Shown here: positions 11,053 to 19,832 of the stretch, in pieces
How positions within the stretch are numbered: position 1 is the stretch's first letter
Layout: every line of letters begins with the position of its first letter
Origin: Mycoplasmoides pneumoniae FH
Lineage (GTDB): Bacteria > Bacillota_I > Bacilli_A > Mycoplasmatales > Mycoplasmoidaceae
Direction of reading: 5' to 3'
Assembly: GCF_001272835.1 (NCBI RefSeq)
Contig: NZ_CP010546.1
Span: 422,809 to 454,808 of the forward strand
Length of the DNA: 32,000 nt
The notes under the pieces: model-generated
Database searches by the model: none
What the model was told of the DNA's origin: nothing
The model's input: only the letters and a program-made list of their open reading frames with translations
Position numbers and translations under genes: made by a program

Positions 11053-12048
11053 GTGGAGATTAAAACTTACAAAATCAAAGATATTTGCGAGATTTCTAGG
11101 GGCAAAGCAATTACCAAAGAATACATAAGAGCTAACCCTGGTGAATATCCTGTTTATTCTGGTTCAACATTAAATGATGGTGAAATAGGTCGCATAGATG
11201 AATGCGAATTTGATGGTGAATATGTAACTTGAACAATTGATGGTTATGCTGGCATAGTTTTTTACCGCAATGAGAGGTTTAATGCCTCTCAACATTGTGG
11301 TGTCTTAAAGGTAAAAAGCAATGAAATTTGCCCTAAATTTTTGGCATATGCATTGGGGATGGAAGCGCCTAAACATGTTAATAATGCTTGTGTTATTCCT
11401 AATCTAACTTTAAAAAAGATGAGAGAAATAGAACTAGATTTTCCAAGCAAGAAAATTCAAGAGAAAATTGCTACTATCTTAGATACTTTTACCGAGCTAA
11501 GCGCCGAGCTAAGCGCCGAGCTAAGCGCCGAGCTAAGCGCCGAGCTAAGCGCCGAGCTAAGAGAGCGAAAGAAGCAGTATGCCTTCTATCGCGATTATCT
11601 GCTCAACCAAGAAAATATCCGAAAAATTTACGGAGCAAATATACCTTTCGAAACTTTTCAAGTAAAGGATATTTGTGAAATTAGAAGAGGTCGAGCGATC
11701 ACTAAAGCGTATATTAGGAATAATCCTGGAGAAAATCCAGTTTATTCCGCAGCTACCACAAATGATGGTGAGTTAGGACGTATTAAAGATTGCGATTTTG
11801 ATGGTGAATACATCACTTGAACTACAAATGGTTATGCTGGAGTAGTTTTTTATCGTAATGGCAAGTTTAATGCATCACAAGATTGCGGTGTTTTAAAGTT
11901 TAAAAATAAAAAAATCTGCACCAAATTCCTATCCTTTTTATTAAAGATAGAAGCACCAAAATTCGTTCATAATCTAGCTTCAAGACCAAAACTAAGCCAA
12001 AAAGTAATGGCTGAAATCGAACTCTCTTTTCCACCTCTAGAAATTTAA
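11053..12048 (+). CDS. hsdS: Type I restriction-modification specificity subunit HsdS (C-terminally truncated), 331 aa
   Basis: GTG start, V E I K T Y K I K D I C E I S R G ... ; two similar TRD-like halves separated by a helical spacer with (SAEL)n; in-frame TAA at 12046-12048. Joined across TGA=Trp. Confidence 0.88.
11494..11561 (+). repeat. 12-bp tandem repeat (GAGCTAAGCGCC) encoding TEL+(SAEL)x5 in the HsdS spacer
   Basis: GAGCTAAG recurs at exactly 12-nt spacing at 11494, 11506, 11518, 11530, 11542 and 11554. Confidence 0.97.
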
Positions 12049-12213
12049 GAAAAGATTGCTGATATTCTCTTTGCCTTTGAAAAACTTTGCAATGATTTAG
12101 TAGAAGGTATTCCTGCTGAAGTCGAAATGCGTAAAAAGCAATTGGATTACTATCAGAACTTCTTATTTAATTGAGTGCAAGAACAAAAAACTCAATTAGA
12201 GCAAATTATGTAA
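12049..12213 (+). pseudogene. In-frame HsdS C-terminal remnant downstream of the premature TAA
   Basis: Same frame after TAA reads KKIADILFAFEKLCNDLVEGIPAEVEMRKKQLDYYQNFLFNWVQEQKTQLEQIM*, matching the helix that follows the first TRD (EKIATILDTF...RERKKQYAFYRDYLLN). Confidence 0.8.
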
Positions 12214-12230
12214 TGCTTAATAAATAGTTT

Positions 12231-14235
12231 CCAACACCTACCTCCTCCAAGACCACAACACCCTCACCCCCTACACGCCCTTTACCACACCGCTCAATGG
12301 GGGGCTGGATGTCGTGCGGGCCGCCCATTTACACCCCTCATACGAACTCGTGGACTGAAAGCGGGTGGGACAGAACAAGTTAGTGGCGCTGGTCCGCTCA
12401 GCGTTGGTCAGGGTGAAATTCCAGGACACAACGAGTTCGGACTCTAATAACCAAGATACGAGTCAAAATGCCTTGAGTTTTGATACCCAAGAATCACAGA
12501 AGGCACTTAATGGCTCGCAGAGTGGATCTTCTGACACTTCCGGGTCTAACTCCCAAGACTTAGCCAGCTACATCCTCATCTTCCAAGCCGCGCCCAGGGC
12601 CACGTGGGTGTTTGAACGGAAGATTAAGTTGGCGTTGCCCTACGTTAAGCAGGAAAGTCAGGGTTCCGACGATCAAGGTTCCAATGGTAAGGGCTCCCTC
12701 TACACCACCCTCCAAGACCTCCTCGTCGAACAACCCGTGACCCCTTATACGCCCAATGCGGGGTTAGCCCGGGTGAATGGGGTTGCTCAGGATACGGTTC
12801 ATTTTGGTTCGGGTCAAGAATCGAGTTGGAATTCCCAACGTTCCCAAAAAGGCCTTAAAACAACCCCGCTCCCAAGGCCGTCACCGGCTTTAAGCTCGAT
12901 AAGGGCCGCGCGTACCGGAAGCTGAATGAAAGTTGACCGGTGTATGAACCCCTGGATTCGACCAAGGAGGGGAAGGGGAAGGATGAGAGCTCTTGGAAAA
13001 ATTCGGAAAAAACAACGGCGGAAAATGATGCCCCGTTGGTGGGGATGGTTGGAAGTGGTGCGGCTGGAAGTGCTTCTAGTTTACAAGGCAATGGCTCGAA
13101 CAGTTCGGGGTTAAAATCGCTCTTGAGATCAGCACCTGTCAGTGTTCCACCAAGCAGTACAAGTAATCAAACTTTAAGCTTATCTAACCCCGCTCCTGTG
13201 GGCCCACAAGCGGTTGTAAGCCAACCCGCGGGGGGTGCTACGGCAGCAGTGTCCGTCAATCGCACAGCGAGTGACACCGCCACCTTTAGCAAGTACCTCA
13301 ACACCGCCCAGGCCTTGCACCAGATGGGGGTGATTGTTCCGGGGTTGGAAAAATGAGGTGGTAACAACGGTACGGGTGTAGTGGCTAGCCGACGGGATGC
13401 TACTTCCACTAACCTGCCCCATGCGGCAGGTGCTTCCCAAACGGGTTTGGGAACTGGTTCGCGGGGCGAACCAGCTTTAATCGCAACGTCACAGCGTGCC
13501 GTCACGGTGGTTGCTGGCCCCCTTCGTGCGGGCAATAGCAGTGAAACTGATGCCCTACCGAATGTCATCACCCAGCTCTATCATACTTCAACCGCCCAAC
13601 TCGCTTACTTAAATGGCCAGATCGTTGTGATGAGTTCCGACCGGGTACCGAGTCTTTGGTATTGAGTTGTCGGGGAGGACCAGGAATCGGGCAAAGCGAC
13701 CTGATGAGCGAAAACCGAGCTCAACTGGGGCACCGACAAGCAGAAGCAGTTTGTCGAAAACCAGTTGGGGTTTAAAGATGACTCAAATTCGGATTCCAAA
13801 AATTCGAATTTGAAGGCCCAAGGCCTCACCCAACCCGCCTACCTCATCGCCGGTCTTGACGTTGTGGCCGACCACCTCGTCTTTGCGGCATTTAAAGCGG
13901 GCGCGGTGGGGTATGATATGACGACTGATTCGAACGCTTCGACCTACAACCAAGCACTCGCCTGGTCGACCACGGCCGGGTTGGACAGTGATGGGGGGAC
14001 AAGGCTTTGGTGGAAAACACGGCCGGGCTCAACGGCCCGATTAATGGTTTGTTTACCCTGCTCGACACCTTTGCGTATGTGACCCCCGTGAGTGGGATGA
14101 AAGGGGGGAGTCAGAATAATGAAGAAGTGCAAACGACTTACCCGGTCAAGTCCGACCAAAAGGCCACCGCCAAAATTGCCTCCTTAATTAATGCCAGCCC
14201 ACTCAACAGTTATGGGGATGATGGCGATAAAAAAG
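12231..14235 (+). repeat. RepMP5-type element: degenerate copy of the MPN142 (P40/P90 adhesin-complex protein) central region
   Basis: Translates piecewise as SNTYLLQDHNTLTPYTPFTTPLNGGLDVVRAAHLHPSYELVDWK...; GLTQPAYLIAGLDVVADHLVFAAFKAGAVGYDMTT...; TYPVKSDQKATAKIASLINASPLNSYGDDG. Frame changes near 12860-12875 and 13970. No signal peptide or full-length frame. Confidence 0.9.
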
Positions 14236-14702
14236 CCATCTACCCAGAGGTAAGAGGCAGACAGCTCCAAAATATTTTTGACGATTGGAAAACTAACAAA
14301 AGCTGTTAGTTTGATGTAGAGGCAAAACTATGAATTTACTAAATTTATTTAAATCAGCGGGAGCAGGCTCGTTTTTTTCAACAAAAGTCACTCTATCTGC
14401 TCCCACTAAATAAATTGACAGGGTTTTATAAAAAAGCCAAAGAGTTTGAATATTTTTGTAATTTGGGTTTTTAATACCTTCTAACTATTAATAGGAACTT
14501 TTCTTATTAATAAGAACTTTTTTGAAAAAAGTTTTGAAGTTATTTTGGTGTCTTTACTAACTTTAAGCAATTTAGTTAGTGTAAGCACAAAAACCGTTAT
14601 GTGTAATGTTTTTATTAATTTAGCAAAACAGCTGAACTTAGTTGGCAGCACTGCTGCAAGTAGTAGTTTTCTCAACCTCTTTCAGAAAGGAGTCGCTTAT
14701 TA

Positions 14703-15245
14703 ATGAAAGAGAAAATTCCGTTTTATAACGAAAAAGAATTCCATTACATGATGAAAAAGACCAAAAAAGGCACTTTTTCGGGATGATACATCATTAATCC
14801 AGAAAACAACAGTGTGGAATTCTCTGGCAGTTTCAACAGACAATTTAAACTTAACAAACCGGTTATACCAGTGAACACAGAATACGTAACGCGTAAAGAG
14901 TTCAACGAGTACAAAGACTCAAACGACCAACGACTTACAAAGATTGAAAATAAGATCGATAAGCTTGAAATTAAAGTTGATAAGCTAAAGAAGAAAGTCG
15001 ATAAGCTGGAAGTTAAGGTTGATAAACTAGTCGAAACTGTTAATGCTCAAGGAGAAGATCTTAACAACTTCAAAGTTGAAGTGAGAGGAACACTTCAAAG
15101 CCAAGGCGAAACCCTGCAATTAATTTTGCAAACGCTACAAGACATGAGTAAGCGGCTTGATTCTGTTGAAGGACGTTTAGACTCTATGGATGGTCGTCTC
15201 GATTCAATGGAAACTCGTTTGGACAAAATCGATCCGCTAAAATAG
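14703..15245 (+). CDS. DUF16/UPF0134 family coiled-coil protein, 180 aa
   Basis: SD-like AGAAAGGAG upstream; ATG 14703 [36 protein letters not shown]..., TGA=Trp before the track ORF 14814..15245; heptad coiled-coil region; TAG stop. Confidence 0.92.
14940..15035 (+). repeat. 21-nt-period internal repeat encoding coiled-coil heptads
   Basis: Protein [32 protein letters not shown] repeats a 7-residue (K/V)DKLExKV unit; DNA repeats gttgataagct... at 21-nt spacing. Confidence 0.85.
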
Positions 15246-15267
15246 TCTTAGGCTAATAACAAAAGTG

Positions 15268-15312
15268 CCAGCAATTAATCTATAAAGGTTAGTCGCTGGT
15301 ATTTTCATTTAT
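15268..15312 (+). terminator. Hairpin plus T-rich tail downstream of the DUF16 gene
   Basis: CCAGC (15268-15272) ... GCTGG (15295-15299) followed by TATTTTCATTTATT. Confidence 0.45.
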
Positions 15313-15376
15313 TTGAAATAAATAAAAAAGCCATCCTATCAAGGAGAAAGACAGACAGCTAATGAATTGAAGTCAA

Positions 15377-16138
15377 TTACTTAATTAAATATTCCAAGTA
15401 AATGAAGAGATTAATATCTGATGAATAGCCTTCTGTATTATTAGCAAAGGTACTTAAAAATTTGTTCACACTTTTTTCACTAACATCATCTTTGCCTTTT
15501 AATGAAAAGCTAAGTGAAGCGCTAAACTCAATTCACTCTAAATTTCTTGTAATTTCTTTTCCATTAACTTTAATTTTTTCTTCTTTAGTAAGAAATTTTT
15601 CTGTAGTAAATTGTTTTCCTGGATCAGAATTAGATTTAATTTTAAGGAAAAGATCAAAATAATGCTTGTCACCTTTCTTAGCAGTGAAATCACCTGAAGA
15701 ATAATCTCCAAACCAATTAAAGGTATAGCTCAACTTAGCTTCAATTGACAAATCCTTAAAACTTTGGTATGTCATCTGGAAATATTCAATCTTTCGCTCC
15801 ATCGTAAAAGGATCCTTGCTTGCGGGATAAATTACATCGTCAAAATCAAAATCTGGAATACCTAATTCGCTCTTTTCCGCACTTTGTTTTCAGGCGTCTA
15901 ACAACAATTTTGTTGTATCTTTCGGATTAACTTTGTAAGACTTCTTTAGAGAAGTTATCATGTTCTTTTTGCCTTCTGTAGTTTTAATTGCTTTATACAC
16001 ATCAATGTCTTTACCGGTGGCTTCTTTAATAAGATTTCTAAGATCTGCTTGGATACCAGTACAGGCGCTTAAAACTGTTCCACATAACAAAAATAAAGAA
16101 CCAAAGGAAACCTTTGACAAAAACTTCTTTTTGCGCAT
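15377..16138 (-). CDS. Small putative lipoprotein, 253 aa
   Basis: Joined minus-strand ORFs 15890..16234 and 15533..15802 across TGA=Trp, ending at TAA 15377. [28 protein letters not shown] lipobox. Confidence 0.82.
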
Positions 16139-16167
16139 CAACAGTAAAAATAACTCTTTAATTTTGC

Positions 16168-16182
16168 TTTTTTTTTTTTTTT
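16168..16182 (-). repeat. Homopolymer tract T15 (A15 on the coding strand) just upstream of the lipoprotein start
   Basis: gcttttttttttttttttg at 16168-16182; 29 nt upstream of ATG 16138. Confidence 0.9.
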
Positions 16183-16537
16183 GTAAAAAGCCTTTTTGGG
16201 ATAAGAACTTGAATTGGAATTTCGGGTTGAACATTAATTAAAACACTGAAATTTCCAATCATTTATTAACAACTATCTACTGATAAAGGTTTTGATCTGA
16301 GTAGTTCTAATAATTGCTAATTGTTGGCATTTTTATTCATTTAATGCTTTCTAAAAACTTTTTGCAATTTTGTTGGCACTTCTCAATAAGTCGGTCAATT
16401 TATTTAGTGGAAGAGCAAATGCAAATCTTTAATTTTTTGAATTGATCAGCAAAGCGTCTGATCCCTGTTGGCAACCGAGTTGCAAGTGTTAGTTATTTTT
16501 TAAAAAATCAAAAGAAAAAAGAAAGGAACATTTAAAC

Positions 16538-16744
16538 ATGAAAAAAGTTAAAGCATTAAGGAATCTTTTTCTAGAAAAAGCCAATGAAAAACTTTAATAC
16601 CCCAAAATTGCTTCAATGGTAGCTTACTTTGATCCAAAGGAAGACGGTACTTGTGAATTCATTATGAAAATTAAAACTGTAAATGAAGTTGCTGACACTG
16701 AGATAACAAATAAGGAAAAGCCTTTAGGCACTTGAAAGAGTTAG
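16538..16744 (+). pseudogene. Small broken ORF with SD-like leader, interrupted by TAA
   Basis: GAAAGGAAC then ATG 16538 MKKVKALRNLFLEKANEKL-TAA(16595)-YPKIASMVAYFDPKEDGTCEFIMKIKTVNEVADTEITNKEKPLGTWKS-TAG. The frame stays open on both sides of the single TAA. Confidence 0.55.
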
Positions 16745-16774
16745 TTAACTTTTTGGTCTAAAAAGACATAAATT

Positions 16775-16817
16775 TACCAACGGTAAGTGTTAAAACTTGC
16801 TGTTGGTATTTTTATTT
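16775..16817 (+). terminator. Terminator-like hairpin directly upstream of the RepMP2/3-type element
   Basis: TACCAAC..AAGT..ACTT..GTTGGTA (16775-16808) followed by TTTTTATTT. Confidence 0.55.
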
Positions 16818-16819
16818 CC

Positions 16820-18540
16820 CCCACGCTCACCAGGTTTAGTACCGGGTTCAACCTCGCGGTGTCGGTGCTCGACCAGGTGTTGGATTATGTGCCCTGGATT
16901 GGGAATGGGCACAGGTATGGGAATAACCACCGGGGCGTGGATGATATAACCGCGCCTAAAACCGGCGCGGGGTCGTCCAGCGGAACTAGTACGAACACAA
17001 GTGGTTCGCGTTCCTTTCTCCCGACGTTCTCGAATGTCGGCGTTGGCCTCAAAGCGAATGTCCAGGGCACCCTGGGTGGCAGTCAGACGACGACTACGGG
17101 GAAAGATATTCCCAAATGACCCACCCTCGACCCAGCCAACCTCCAGCTCTGAACGGGGGCGGGGTGAAGGAATGATAAGGCTTCAAACAAACAAAGTGAC
17201 GAAAACCACACCACCTTTAAAAGCGCTACGGGCAGTGGCCAGCAGGGTGGTTCTACAACGGGTGGTTCAGCGGGCAATCCCGGCTCGTTAAAGCAGGATA
17301 AGATTAGTAAATCAGGTCAGAACTTAACCACGCAGGACGGCGCGCCCCAGTCTAATTCGACGACGGAATCCGCGTCGAATTATGATCACCTCCCCCCAAC
17401 CTCACCCCCACATCCGATTTACCGAACGCGCTGTCATTCACCAACAAGAACAACGCGCAGCGCGCCCAGCTCTTCCTCCGCGGCTTGTTGGGCAGCATCC
17501 CGGTGTTGGTGAATCGAAGTGGGTCAGATGATTCCAACAAATTCCAAGCCACCGACCAAAAATGGTCTTACACCGACTTAAAGTCGGACCAAACCAAGCT
17601 CAACCTCCCCGCTTATGGTGAAGTGAATGGGTTGTTGAATCCGGCGTTGGTGGAAACCTATTTTGGGACGACGCGAGCGGGTGGTTCGGGGTCCAACACG
17701 ACCAGTTCACCCGGTATCGGTTTTAAAATTCCCGAACAAAATAATGATTCGAAGGCTGTGCTGATCACCCCCGGGTTGGCTTGAACGCCGCAAGACGTTG
17801 GTAACCTCGTTGTCAGTGGTACCAGCTTGAGCTTCCAGTTGGGCGGGTGGCTGGTCACCTTCACGGACTTTGTCAAACCCCGCGCGGGTTACCTCGGGCT
17901 CCAGTTAACGGGCTTGGATGCAAGTGATGCGACGCAGCGCGCCCTCATTTGGGCCAAGCAGCCCTGAGCGGCCTTTCGTGGCAGTTGGGTCAACCGCTTG
18001 GGCCGGGTCGAGAGTGTGTGGGATTTAAAGGGGGTGTGACAAGATCAAGCTCAGGCGGCCGCGCAAGCAGCTACCACCACCGCCGCAACAGGGGACGCCT
18101 TACCGGAGCACCCCAATGCCCTCGCGTACCAAATTAGCTCCACCGACAAGGATTCGTACAAGGCTTCCACTCAAAGCTCCGGTCAAACCAATTCCCAAAA
18201 CACCTCCCCCTACCTCCATTTGATTAAACCTAAGAAAGTCGAAAACACGACCCAACTCGACCAGGGCTTAAAAACCTGTTGGACCCCAACCAGGTTCGCA
18301 CCAAGCTGCGCCAAAGCTTTGGTACAGACCATTCCACCCAAGCCAAACCCCAATCCCTCAAAAAAACCACACCGGTGTTTGGGACGAATAGTGGTAACAT
18401 TGGCAGTGTGCTTAGTGGTGGGGGTGCTGGAGGAGCAGACAGCACCAATTCGGTGGACCTCTCCCCCGTTGAACGGGTGAGTGGGTGGCTTGTGGGGCAA
18501 TTACCCAGTGGGGGTGGGGGGAATAGTAGTGAGGATATTA
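16820..18540 (+). repeat. RepMP2/3-type element: degenerate copy of the C-terminal half of P1 adhesin (MPN141)
   Basis: [43 protein letters not shown]..., [103 protein letters not shown]. Frameshifts near 17400 and 18265. Confidence 0.92.
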
Positions 18541-18617
18541 AAAGTGTGCAAGACACTCCTATTTATGATCTATATTCATTAGTATATTCTTTTTAAATTG
18601 TTCCCTCACTTTATTCA

Positions 18618-19770
18618 TATGAACCACCGCCTCCCTCGCGACGGGACTCACCGTAGTGGGACACTTCACAAGTACCACCACGACGCTCAAGCGCCAGCAA
18701 TTTAGCTACACCCGCCCTGACGAGGTCGCGCTGCGCCACACCAATGCCATCAACCCGCGCTTAACCCCGTGAACGTATCGTAACACGAGCTTTTCGTCCC
18801 TCCCCCTCACGGGTGAAAACCCCGGGGCGTGGGCCTTAGTGCGCGACAACACCGCCAAGGGCATCACTGCCGGCAGTGGCAGTCAACAAACCACGTATGA
18901 TCCCACCCGAACCGAAGCGGCTTTGACCACCGCCACCACCTTTGCGTTACGCCGATACGACCTCGCCGGGCGTTGTACGACCTCGACTTTTCGAAGTTAA
19001 ACCCGCAAACGCCCACGCGCGACCAAACCGGGCAGATCACCTTTAACCCCTTTGGCGGCTTTGGTTTGAGTGGGGCTGCACCCCAACAGTGAAACGAGGT
19101 CAAAAACAAGGTCCCCGTCGAGGTGGCGCAAGACCCCTCCAATCCCTACCGGTTTGCCGTTTTACTCGTGCCGCGCAGCGTGGTGTACTATGAGCAGTTG
19201 CAAAGGGGGTTGGGCTTACCACAGCAGCGAACCGAGAATGGTCAAAATACTTCCACCACCGGGGCAATGTTTGGCTTGAAGGTGAAGAACGCCGAGGCGG
19301 ACACCGCGAAGAGCAATGAAAAACTCCAGGGCGCTGAGGCCACTGGTTCTTCAACCACATCTGGATCTGGCCAATCCACCCAACGTGGGGGTTCGTCAGG
19401 GGACACCAAAGTCAAGGCGTTGCAGGTGGCGGTGAAAAAGAAATCGGACTCGGAGGACAATGGTCAGATCGAACTTGAAACCAACAACCTCGCCAACGCC
19501 CCGATTAAACGGGGCTCCAATAACAACCAGCAAGTCCAACTCAAGGCGGACGATTTTGGTACTGCCCCTTCCAGTTCGGGATCAGGCACCCAAGATGGCA
19601 CCCCCACCCCCTGAACGCCGTGGTTAACGACTGAGCAAATTCACAACGACCCCGCCAAATTCGCCGCCTCGATCCTCATTCTGTACGATGCGCCTTATGC
19701 GCGCAACCGTACCGTCATTGACCGCGTTGATCACTTGGATCCCAAGGTGATGGTGGATAATTACTGTTAA
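18618..19770 (+). repeat. RepMP4-type element: degenerate copy of the N-terminal part of P1 adhesin (MPN141)
   Basis: [118 protein letters not shown]..., ends RVDHLDPKVMVDNYC*. Small deletion/frameshift in AGR(AL)YDLDF near 18970-18985. Confidence 0.92.
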
Positions 19771-19832
19771 CAATTTTTTTAGAAAAAGGCAGTTTTTGAA
19801 GTTTTTAATTTGTAAAATTTCATTTTTTAAAA

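Noticed and set aside
11494-11561. The 12-bp tandem repeat as a CRISPR-like or regulatory array
   Set aside because: The repeat has no spacers, is in frame and encodes the HsdS SAEL spacer, a known feature of type I S subunits.
13167-14159. Several minus-strand ORFs across the adhesin-like repeat (13167..13571, 13180..13440, 13605..13829, 13944..14159)
   Set aside because: GC-rich coding repeat DNA generates long spurious antisense ORFs; the plus-strand translation matches MPN142-type protein.
14310-14640. AT-rich hairpins and an antisense ORF (14481..14675) as a small RNA gene
   Set aside because: AT-rich sequence easily forms such stems. Only the 14645-14657 hairpin has comparative support, and no promoter could be assigned confidently.
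18210-19460. Minus-strand ORFs and +2-frame proline/arginine-rich ORFs in the P1-like cassettes
   Set aside because: Explained by GC-rich reverse reading of P1-type sequence; no independent evidence.
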